From: an uncultured bacterium | GTDB lineage: Bacteria > CAYUVA01 | Direction of reading: 5' to 3' | Assembly (NCBI GenBank): GCA_964448115.1 | Contig: CAYUVA010000027.1 | Coordinates: 1-60,211 of the forward strand | Length of the DNA: 60,211 nt | Shown: one piece after another, positions 1-8,355 of the stretch | How positions within the stretch are numbered: position 1 is the first letter of the stretch | How the letters are laid out: each line of letters starts with the position of its first letter | Notes under the pieces: generated by a model | Database searches by the model: none | Told to the model about the DNA's origin: nothing | What the model saw: only the letters and a program-made list of their open reading frames with translations | Program-made: the position numbers and the translations under genes

Positions 1-578
1 TTTCGCTGCCAAATATGGCTCCAGGCTACATGGGAGAGGCAGATTATATCTTGCTCCTTAGTGTCCTGCACCTCCCTTTTGGCAGGTGGCTTCACCCGGC
101 GCATGATATCGAAATAAAGGCTTTGTACCAGGCTGGTGACAATAAACAGTATAGGTAAAGTTATGACCAATGCAGCCTGGTAGATTATATCCACCAGCCC
201 CAGATGCCTAAGGCTATCACTCCTGGGATCATAAACATAGGAAAGCCGTTTTGTTGACAGATAAGCAAGTAGATCATAAATAGGATACCGCCAGCTCAAG
301 GGATAATCATGCAACGATATAGCTGCAACTGCTTTGAGCGAAGAGAGGTCCTTGTAGATCTTTCCTTTGAACGCATCTCTTATGGAGAACCTGTATTCGT
401 TCTTTCTCCTCTCACCGGCAAGCGCCCCTTCAATAACAGAGATGGTCGGCATGGACGGGAACAGGTCTTGAAGCTGCCTTCTTACATGTGCTGCATTCTC
501 ACTCTTGGCTGCATGTATCAAAAGAAGCTTATTCTGGTGATGATCCTTTATCTTGCTTGTCAAATCAGTCAGCTTCAC
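1..578 (-). CDS. Partial (runs off window start) probable glycosyltransferase, GT4/TuaH-like
   Basis: Not in the ORF track. Manual translation of the minus strand from GTG at 578 (GTGA overlap with the radical SAM stop) is open to base 1: MKLTDLTSKIKDHHQNKLLLIH...DIICLSHVAWSHIWQR. The last motif resembles the N-terminal D-I-x-C-x-S-H-x-x-W-x-x-x-WQR motif of TuaH-like glycosyltransferases. Confidence 0.65.
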   Translation of the reverse strand, partial: MKLTDLTSKIKDHHQNKLLLIHAAKSENAAHVRRQLQDLFPSMPTISVIEGALAGERRKNEYRFSIRDAFKGKIYKDLSSLKAVAAISLHDYPLSWRYPIYDLLAYLSTKRLSYVYDPRSDSLRHLGLVDIIYQAALVITLPILFIVTSLVQSLYFDIMRRVKPPAKREVQDTKEQDIICLSHVAWSHIWQR

Positions 579-2080
579 AACCCTAACCTCGATAGTGCTC
601 TGGATAATAGCAGGCAAACCCTGGCTTTTAAAGACATATCCATGGTTTGATAGTATAATCTAAGCTGGGACACTAGCTCGCTCAGGTTAGGTCTATTATA
701 CTCCTGTGGCAACCTTAGTATCGATATCACCAGGCTCATGATATAAAGTCGTATCATCCTGCGTGGGTATGTGTTTGCTATTTTCCTTGTATGCCAGTAA
801 TGAGATGCGTTTTCTTCGGGGATAACAAGTCCGAATTTATCTGCCTGCAAGCGCAGCGGGGTACCGACTACTACGGCACATATCCCCATGATCTTAATCT
901 CATCGATATTTAGCCTCTCCCTGATGATAAATGCGACTGACATGAGAAAGTCAGCCCAGCTCTCGGTAGGAAAGCCGATGATGAAGTTAAGCTGCACGCG
1001 GATCCCTGCCTTGTGTGCATCGCGGATGTTCCTTCGTACTATGTCAAGTTTTATCCCTTTGCGCATGTCTCTGAGGACATTGGGCGATGCGCTCTCCAAG
1101 CCGAAATCCAATGCCTGGCAACCTGCTTTAGACATCTTGGCGAATATGTCATAGCTCATGGCTGGAGAAAATCGTGCATTGCCCCACCAGTACCAGTCCA
1201 ATCCATCCTGTTCGATCAGTTCTGCAAGCCTATTTAACTGTTTTGCATTACCATTTAAGAATGAATCCACGAACTCGAACTTGTAGATGCCGTATTTGCT
1301 TCGGTGATACATAAATTCATCATAGATATTCTCAGCGCTGCGCTGGCGATATCGTTTCCAGACGAAAGTATTTTCCGCGCAATAGACACATAGTCCTACG
1401 CACCCGCGAGAGCCTAAAAAGGGCAGGTTGTCCGGATAGCGATAACGATCAAGCGGCAAATCATCATAGTCAGGGAACGGGATAGCATCTATATCGGGTA
1501 TCAGGCTGCGCGGCTCGCCCTTGAATATTGAGCCATCTTCTCGTTTGAATATTATTCCTGGGGATCCGGGCGGCTGTTCACCTTTGGCAAAAGCATTGAC
1601 CAGCTCATGCAAGCTCTGCTCACCCTCCCCATAGACTATGGCATCGAAGACATCCTCATCCAGGTAGTTATCAGCATCAATAAATGGAGAACAGTTGGGT
1701 CCACCTACGACGATCTTAGCAGGCGACTTGGACACACGAATGGCGCGAGCAAATAAGACCGTGGTTATTCGGTTGGAGCAGTAGTTGGAAAACCCGATGA
1801 CCTGCGGATCATAGTCGGTTAATATCTCAAGCCATCTACCCTCGAAGCGCTTATAAAGTGGCTCTACTTGACGGAACTTATCCTCATCGATCCAACATTC
1901 CTCGTAGCTTTCCTGCCATATTACTCGTTCATCTGATGCGAGGTGGGAATATAGATCGATATTGAAGTCAAAGGCTTTGACCTCGATATCCTTAGAGCGA
2001 AGGTAAGCGGTAAGATATCCGAGGGATATCGGGGGATGATTTACTCCCCATGTTGGCATGATGACCAGGGCGACCTTCAT
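575..2080 (-). CDS. B12-binding radical SAM protein (class B methyltransferase-like)
   Basis: N-terminal cobalamin-binding region (PPISLGYL, IVVGGP, GEGE), SRGCVGLCVYC CxxxCxxC motif, GLES, FIIGFPTE. Likely start MKVALVIMP at 2080 rather than 2155. Confidence 0.9.
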   Translation of the reverse strand: MKVALVIMPTWGVNHPPISLGYLTAYLRSKDIEVKAFDFNIDLYSHLASDERVIWQESYEECWIDEDKFRQVEPLYKRFEGRWLEILTDYDPQVIGFSNYCSNRITTVLFARAIRVSKSPAKIVVGGPNCSPFIDADNYLDEDVFDAIVYGEGEQSLHELVNAFAKGEQPPGSPGIIFKREDGSIFKGEPRSLIPDIDAIPFPDYDDLPLDRYRYPDNLPFLGSRGCVGLCVYCAENTFVWKRYRQRSAENIYDEFMYHRSKYGIYKFEFVDSFLNGNAKQLNRLAELIEQDGLDWYWWGNARFSPAMSYDIFAKMSKAGCQALDFGLESASPNVLRDMRKGIKLDIVRRNIRDAHKAGIRVQLNFIIGFPTESWADFLMSVAFIIRERLNIDEIKIMGICAVVVGTPLRLQADKFGLVIPEENASHYWHTRKIANTYPRRMIRLYIMSLVISILRLPQEYNRPNLSELVSQLRLYYQTMDMSLKARVCLLLSRALSRLGL

Positions 2081-2511
2081 ACATATAACATTAGCCGATT
2101 GTACGATGATTATAAAGGCGGCTTGATGCCTTGGTGCCTTTGTGGTTGAATCCATATTAAGCTCAAAGTTTCTTGATTAACAATTTTTTCATCCTATTGG
2201 ATAATGGAAAGCTCTAAGGCAGCTAAGCCGCGACCAAATGTGGTTATTCAATCCTTGCCCCGAAGGGGCAAAGAACAGATACACCCGACATTGTTGGAAC
2301 AGGCTTGACCGAAAAAAACTGTATTTTAGACGCCAGATTGGTAATCTTAAGGCTGTTATTTTTTTAATATAACGGTCGCTCGGCTTAATCAGAAATACTG
2401 AATCTGGATGCGAGGTGAATTGAGCTTTGACCTTTTTTGCCTAATAGATATAATCAACCTACGATAGATCTTGATAGACAATACAGAAACCAAAAGAAAA
2501 GGGATGGAAGA

Positions 2512-3750
2512 ATGAATAAAGCATTGGGTGTGCTAAGTGTTCTCATCTTGTCGTTGGTATATTGCTCTGGCGCCTTTGGACTCGGATTTTACTTTCCAGA
2601 TCACGACTCAAAGTCAATTGGAGTCGCCGGCGCCATAGTCGCCACTGCTGATCAACCAAGCGCTGCCTACCATAACCCGGCAGGACTAACTCAAAACGAT
2701 GGATACAAGCTGCACTTCACCAGCAGCATAGCCATGTTTACCTGGAAGTTCAGGCAAGCCGGTCAGCCGGTATGGCTTAAAATGAAGGATGATTTCGTAG
2801 TCATTCCCAACCTTTTCGCATCGGCTGATTTCGGTTTGGATAAGTGGGGCTTCGGATTCGGCATCCACGCTCCCTTTGGCATGAGGGTCAATTGGGGGGA
2901 TTATCCGCAGAGTAGATACTACCAGATTTATGTTTACTTCCAGCCAATCTTTTATACCCTCTCTGCCGGCTACAAGTTGACCGATAACATTCGAGTTGGT
3001 GCTGGACTTCACTTCGTGGACTCATATCTTAAGGATGAGAGGATGATGATGATAAAGGACCCAATTGAATTGGATGCACATGTTACTTTAGAGGGTACAG
3101 CGGAGAACTTCGGCGGCACCTTTGGCATCATGTATTCACCGATCGAGCAGCTTAACATAGGCTTGGTATATCATACCCGCATAGATGTCGGCATAGATGG
3201 CACAGCCTATGCCACCACACCATACTTTCCGGATCAGACCATGGAATACGGCGCAGATGTTGTTATACCACTCCCTCAAGTCATCAAGTTCGGGATAAGA
3301 GTTGCACCGAATGGTAAATACCACATTGAGGGGGATGTGTTCTGGGTTGACTGGAGATGCTTTGATAAGAATGTGGTCGAGGTCGATTCCACTGGTCAGA
3401 TAATCCCCATGGAAGATTTCATAATAGAACGCAACTGGCAGGTCTCGATAGCAAGCCGCATTGGCATCCAATATAACCTGAAACCGAACCTCCACCTGCG
3501 GGGAGGATATATCTACGATAGCACGGCGATCCCTCGCAAGTATATAACCTTGGCGCCACCGGATGACAACAAGCACCAGTTTAACTGCGGAATCGGATGG
3601 GACATTGGCGATCTAACCATAGAGGCGGCTTACTCGGTATTTCTGCCCAAGGATGGATTGGTGCTGAATAGTCCGATGGAGCCACCGATCAATGGCGAGC
3701 ACTATGTGTTCTTCAACTCGGTGAGCTTATCATTGCTTTATCGAATTTAA
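2512..3750 (+). CDS. OmpP1/FadL/TodX family outer-membrane transporter
   Basis: Signal peptide, GVAGA...AAYHNPAGL hatch motif, APFG, LRGGYIYD, C-terminal beta-signal-like SLSLLYRI. Likely ATG at 2512. Confidence 0.85.
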   Translation: MNKALGVLSVLILSLVYCSGAFGLGFYFPDHDSKSIGVAGAIVATADQPSAAYHNPAGLTQNDGYKLHFTSSIAMFTWKFRQAGQPVWLKMKDDFVVIPNLFASADFGLDKWGFGFGIHAPFGMRVNWGDYPQSRYYQIYVYFQPIFYTLSAGYKLTDNIRVGAGLHFVDSYLKDERMMMIKDPIELDAHVTLEGTAENFGGTFGIMYSPIEQLNIGLVYHTRIDVGIDGTAYATTPYFPDQTMEYGADVVIPLPQVIKFGIRVAPNGKYHIEGDVFWVDWRCFDKNVVEVDSTGQIIPMEDFIIERNWQVSIASRIGIQYNLKPNLHLRGGYIYDSTAIPRKYITLAPPDDNKHQFNCGIGWDIGDLTIEAAYSVFLPKDGLVLNSPMEPPINGEHYVFFNSVSLSLLYRI

Positions 3751-3769
3751 CAACTTACTGGACAAGTTC

Positions 3770-4792
3770 CTATTCGCCGCTTACAGCCGGATAACAGTAT
3801 CGCATAAAGGCATCATAGAGGTTGGGGAACCTATCTTGATATCTTCCTAGGTTCGTTTTTATATTCCTATAGGTGCGGGGCAAGAACTGAAGGTAAAAAT
3901 GGTTCTTTCTTTCTGTAGCCTGGAATCCGAAGGTGCCGGCTGCTTTTATGCAGCGCTGCAGCGAGCTTAGATGCAAGATCTCAAGTGCATGATGCTCCTG
4001 GATAAGATTCCTCAATTCGGGAGTCTTGGAGTTGTCAAGAAAGCTAGTATAAAGGTTGGTTTCGGTCGAGGTATCCACATCCACATAGCTATCGCAGATC
4101 AAGGATACCAAATCGTAAAATGGCAGCCCCATTCTAGCATCCTGGAAGTCGATAAGATAAAGTTTGCCATCCTTTACGATCATGTTGCGGCTATGATAGT
4201 CGCGGTGGCAGAAAACCTTGTAGGGGAGATCGAGTGCCTTAGCCAGGCTCATGCATTCATCCCTTATCTCACCTAGTTTGCCTTTATCAAGCTGCGCCTT
4301 GTGATAACCTAATAATGTGTACTCGATAAAAAAGTTCAGCTCAAAAAATAGCTTATCAACATCGAAAGCACGCTTAAAGGCGATGCTTTTCATTGGCTGT
4401 CTCAAGTGAGACTGCATAACGAGAATATACCTTAATGCCTGTTTATAGTATCCCCAGCGCTGGTCTGAGGGGATATCGTAGAGCATTGTATCACCCAGAT
4501 CCCCTACCAGTATCCATTCATCATTCAACGACCAATCAATGATCTTTGGCACTGGGACATGGACCGAATCGAGTAATTGCTGTATATCGAGAAATTCGCT
4601 TATCGATTGCTGGGAGTTAGGCGGATATATCATCAATATTATTGCCTCGCCGTTGTTGTCATATAGCCTGACAAATCTTCTTGTTGAGGCATCTCCTATT
4701 AAGAGCTGATGGGTATCAACCGCATATCCCCTGGATCTAATACTATCAAGAGCCTCTTTTATCCTTCTATTTTCTTTTTTAATTTCATCCAT
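3770..4792 (-). CDS. Aminoglycoside-phosphotransferase-fold kinase, AmgK-like (anomeric MurNAc/GlcNAc kinase)
   Basis: GDASTRRFVR, HRDYHSRN, IDFQDA, YDLVSL, LQRCIKAAGTF motifs typical of AmgK-like proteins. Confidence 0.8.
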   Translation of the reverse strand: MDEIKKENRRIKEALDSIRSRGYAVDTHQLLIGDASTRRFVRLYDNNGEAIILMIYPPNSQQSISEFLDIQQLLDSVHVPVPKIIDWSLNDEWILVGDLGDTMLYDIPSDQRWGYYKQALRYILVMQSHLRQPMKSIAFKRAFDVDKLFFELNFFIEYTLLGYHKAQLDKGKLGEIRDECMSLAKALDLPYKVFCHRDYHSRNMIVKDGKLYLIDFQDARMGLPFYDLVSLICDSYVDVDTSTETNLYTSFLDNSKTPELRNLIQEHHALEILHLSSLQRCIKAAGTFGFQATERKNHFYLQFLPRTYRNIKTNLGRYQDRFPNLYDAFMRYCYPAVSGE

Positions 4793-4918
4793 ATTGCAGG
4801 TATATTTGAAATCTCCCTTGATTTATTATAGCATATAACCAGTTAAGCCAAATCCGATGATGATCTGTAAACAGAGTAGGGATAACTATCAAACGCACAG
4901 GAGAGGGAGGTTTTTAGG

Positions 4919-6391
4919 ATGATAATACCACAGCCGTTCAAATCGTTCCTTATTATTTTATATACAATGCTCATTCTTACCGCATTCTTACACCAGGAAG
5001 CATCGGCGGGGAACAAATATGCTGTAATAATTGGAATAAGCAAGTACAAAGATCCTCAGATCCCCTCGTTAAAGTATGCTGAGAATGATGCTCGGAGCAT
5101 CTATGATGTGCTCACCGATCCCAATTACGGCGCCATTCCAAGGGAAAATGTTACCCTTCTGGTCAACGAGCAGGCAACGGTGCCAGCGATAAAGACAGCG
5201 ATCGGACAAGAGCTGGCACGCAGAGTGAAACGGGATGATACGGTCTTTATCTACTTTGCTGGACATGGAGGCATAGAGGCAGACCTGACCAACGAGAGCC
5301 AGGATGGATTCAGCAAATACTGGATCTGCTATGAGTCAGATCCCAAGAACCTCTTCGGCACTGCTCTTGACAATACCATGGTTATAAAGACCCTGAGAAG
5401 GATCGACTGTAAGCGTATGGTTACCTTCCTCGACTCCTGTTACAGCGCCGGCACGGTAAGTTACCGTGCTCTGACCAGGGCGCCGGTAAAGACCCTTGAG
5501 GGTGAAGGAACCGTAACCATAGCTGCCTCTGACGGTAGCCAGCCATCCTTGGAGCTTGATGAATATCAGCATGGTTTGTTCACCTACTATCTATTAGATG
5601 GCATCAAAGGGGCAGCTAACTCCGATGGCGACTATGATATCGATGTTGATGAGCTATGGGAATACCTGAAGAATAATGTCAAGGATAAAGCCAGAGAGGT
5701 TGGCGGCAACCAGGAGCCGGTTAGATTGGGAACATCAAAGGGTGATATTATAATCAGCAAGGTTCCCAGAGATCTCGCCCAAGCACAAAGAAAACGTCTT
5801 GAAGTACAGCGACTGGCAGAGCTTCGAAGGATGGCTGAGGAGAAAAAGAACCTCGAAGCCATGCAAAAGGAACGAGCAAAAGTGGAAGAGCAGATCTACC
5901 AGTTGACCAAGGAGATCGATACGGTAGATGCCTGGCAACGGTATATTGATGATTATCCGGATGGCAAGTATATCAGCCAAGCCAAACAGCGCATAGAGGT
6001 ATTGACTGCTCCGACACCGACTCCTAGCCCCAAACCAACTGAGGTACCCTCCCGGGCTAGCGAGGAGAATAAAGAAAAACAACAAGATGTTAAAGATAAA
6101 GATCAGCTAGGTGATTACTTGATTGTGAATATTAATTCTGATCCTTCCAGGGCTAGGGTGCTGCTCGATGGCAAGTACATCGGCAGGACACCGAGGAAGA
6201 TCAAGATCAAACGCGGTATGCCTTACAATATTAAAATCCTAAAAGATGGATACAAGACATTTGAAAAGACGATCGATACCATGTCCATAGAGGCTTCCTT
6301 TTTCAGTCTCGAGGTATCACTGGAAAAATTGCCTAAAAAGAAGGAAAAGGAAAAGGATAACAAGGGATTCTTTGGCGGATTTTCATTTTAA
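4919..6391 (+). CDS. Exported caspase-family (peptidase C14) protein with coiled coil and C-terminal PEGA domain
   Basis: Signal peptide ending ASA; YAVIIGISKY, LKYAENDA, FIYFAGHG (His), FLDSCYS (Cys), HGLFTYYLLDG; PEGA-like INSDPSRARVLLDGKYIGRTP...KDGY. Confidence 0.88.
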   Translation: MIIPQPFKSFLIILYTMLILTAFLHQEASAGNKYAVIIGISKYKDPQIPSLKYAENDARSIYDVLTDPNYGAIPRENVTLLVNEQATVPAIKTAIGQELARRVKRDDTVFIYFAGHGGIEADLTNESQDGFSKYWICYESDPKNLFGTALDNTMVIKTLRRIDCKRMVTFLDSCYSAGTVSYRALTRAPVKTLEGEGTVTIAASDGSQPSLELDEYQHGLFTYYLLDGIKGAANSDGDYDIDVDELWEYLKNNVKDKAREVGGNQEPVRLGTSKGDIIISKVPRDLAQAQRKRLEVQRLAELRRMAEEKKNLEAMQKERAKVEEQIYQLTKEIDTVDAWQRYIDDYPDGKYISQAKQRIEVLTAPTPTPSPKPTEVPSRASEENKEKQQDVKDKDQLGDYLIVNINSDPSRARVLLDGKYIGRTPRKIKIKRGMPYNIKILKDGYKTFEKTIDTMSIEASFFSLEVSLEKLPKKKEKEKDNKGFFGGFSF

Positions 6392-6513
6392 TTGCATCAG
6401 TCAACGCAATTAAGGGAAAGATCTGTAATCGATCTAATTTTCTCTTGAACTTCCATGCATAAGCTATTATATTATATGTAAAAAGGGACCTAACATAAGG
6501 GAAAAATGGGAAA

Positions 6514-7569
6514 TTGAACACGAGCTTCCTTACAATCAAGGACATAAAGCCGTTTATTGATTCGCTCGACTTTGGTTTAGTGGTAGTGGATACCGATCTT
6601 AAGATCTACTATGCCAATCCCTGGTTTATTAACCTGTTTGCAGAGGACGACAGCGATATTGAAAATGTATTTTTTCGTTGCTTTCCGGATCAGATGCAGG
6701 AGATAAGGAGCTTGTTGTGCAACCGAAACATTCAGAGATCCCAGATTTACCTTAAATATATGGGTCGCCTTTTGACTATGAATTATCTATACAACTTCTC
6801 AAAACGCAGCAAGGAGGGCAAACCTAGGACCTATTACTTTTGTTCCTGCGAAGAGATTAGCATCTCCGAGCTGGTAGATGAGCTTAAGATGCAGATCTCC
6901 GAGAGCAGCAACAGCAAGCTGAACGAGTATGTCGATTATATAGAAAAGTCCCTGGAAGCACTCGATAGTGAAGCCCCAGCCATCTTTGAGGAGAAACTGG
7001 GGAAACTATGGGATATACTAAAAACCAACACCAGGTCTCTAATGCGACTTGCCGATACTTGCCAGATGCTTCATGGCGGCGAGGGAGCGCTCTTTGAGGG
7101 ATATCGTTTGAGCTTCGGGGATAAGGTGGCTTCCCTCATCGAGATCTTGACCCCGCTGGCTGAGGAGAGAAACCTCTCATTGATCATGACCGAAGCAAGT
7201 GAGAAGACCTTTTTAGAAAGCAATATCTTCGATGCCATGATCTGTGTTTTTTATCTTGTCATCATTGCCATCGAGTTGTCCCCTCCTCTAAGCGAACTGA
7301 CCGTAAGTTGCCACATAGAAAAGGACAATACCCTGGCCCTGAGGATCAAGAACCCTACTTCTTTATTGTCGAGTGAAGAGGTGGACAGGCTTTTTGATCC
7401 ACTTTTGGAGATCCCCGAGGATATAGATGCCAACATTTTGAAGATCATTCGATTCGCTCGGCTCACAAAGGTTTGCTCAGAGCTATTAAATGGAGCCTTC
7501 ACCATCTTTAAGGATAGTGAGGGCGGCATAAACTACGAACTCAAGTTATACCTTGAAGCGGAGATCTGA
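6514..7569 (+). CDS. PAS domain + degenerate histidine-kinase-like (HisKA/HATPase) protein
   Basis: PAS start FIDSLDFGLVVVDTDLKIYYANP. The C-terminal half follows kinase spacing (LTPLAEERNLSL, AIELSPP, EEVDRLFDP, ELLNGAF), but the H, N, G1 and G2 boxes are missing. Confidence 0.6.
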   Translation: MNTSFLTIKDIKPFIDSLDFGLVVVDTDLKIYYANPWFINLFAEDDSDIENVFFRCFPDQMQEIRSLLCNRNIQRSQIYLKYMGRLLTMNYLYNFSKRSKEGKPRTYYFCSCEEISISELVDELKMQISESSNSKLNEYVDYIEKSLEALDSEAPAIFEEKLGKLWDILKTNTRSLMRLADTCQMLHGGEGALFEGYRLSFGDKVASLIEILTPLAEERNLSLIMTEASEKTFLESNIFDAMICVFYLVIIAIELSPPLSELTVSCHIEKDNTLALRIKNPTSLLSSEEVDRLFDPLLEIPEDIDANILKIIRFARLTKVCSELLNGAFTIFKDSEGGINYELKLYLEAEI

Positions 7570-7575
7570 TCATAT

Positions 7576-8241
7576 ATGACAAGAAACCACAAGATACTTG
7601 GTGTCTCTGAGGATGCCTCACAGCAGGAGATAAAAAATGCCTTCATCAGGCTAGCCAAGATATATCATCCCGACTCCAAGAAGCTCAAGCTGTCCAAGGA
7701 AGAGAAGGCACGCAAATTCGAGGAGATCCGCAAAGCCTACCTCATATTGAGCGGTCAGACCTCCATTGCTCAGCAGGTGGTCAATAATATAACCAAAGCA
7801 AAGGCTGAACGGCTCATGTCCGAGGACAAGGTCAGGGCGCAGGCTCAATTCGCCGCCGGCGTCAAGGCGATGAACAATAAGAGGTTCTCTGATGCAGTCA
7901 AATACTTCAACATGGCTGTGGAGCTTGATCCCATGAATGCTACTTATTTCAGCAACCTGAGCCTGGCGCTTATCTTTCAGGGATCCAATCTCCATCAGGC
8001 TGAGAAGGCTGCTCGAAAGGCAATTGAACTTGAGCCGGAGAACGGGGTTCATTATTTCCATCTTGGTCTTATCTATAAGAAAGCAGGCATCAACTCCAGG
8101 GCGCTTCAGTATTTCCAGAAGGCAGAACAATTGAAGCCAGCCCTTCGCCGGGAGATCGAGCGATTCGCCTCGGATCTGGAGGGATACAAGCAGGATGCCA
8201 TCAGCAACCTCAAGAAAATACTGAAAAAGAAGATATTCTGA
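7576..8241 (+). CDS. DnaJ (J-domain) + TPR protein
   Basis: HKILGVSEDASQQEIKNAFIRLAKIYHPD with intact HPD; three TPR-like repeats (AVELDP, AIELEP, AEQLKP). Confidence 0.88.
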   Translation: MTRNHKILGVSEDASQQEIKNAFIRLAKIYHPDSKKLKLSKEEKARKFEEIRKAYLILSGQTSIAQQVVNNITKAKAERLMSEDKVRAQAQFAAGVKAMNNKRFSDAVKYFNMAVELDPMNATYFSNLSLALIFQGSNLHQAEKAARKAIELEPENGVHYFHLGLIYKKAGINSRALQYFQKAEQLKPALRREIERFASDLEGYKQDAISNLKKILKKKIF

Positions 8242-8355
8242 TAATACTGCTTATTTTATGGGAAGTATCACCGTATCCTGAATCCACTTAAATCTGTCAA
8301 AGTCAGGATAATTTGCTTCGATGATAGTTCCCCACATTATTAATATTTTCACCAT

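Noticed and set aside
309-650. 113-aa + strand ORF
   Set aside because: Antisense shadow of the minus-strand gene (578 to <1) and of the radical SAM 3' end.
2210-2275. Possible riboswitch upstream of fadL (TTGCCCCGAAGGGGCAA hairpin, GGCAGCTAAGCCGCGACC)
   Set aside because: Lacks c-di-GMP-I, cobalamin or other aptamer consensus on either strand; more like REP-type debris.
3770-4792. Antibiotic-resistance aminoglycoside phosphotransferase
   Set aside because: Motifs (GDAS-x-R, HRDYHSRN, DFQDA) fit housekeeping AmgK-like sugar kinases.
4919-8241. Caspase-based anti-phage/abortive infection system
   Set aside because: The caspase has a signal peptide and PEGA domain; no gasdermin, NLR, CRISPR or CBASS partner is nearby.
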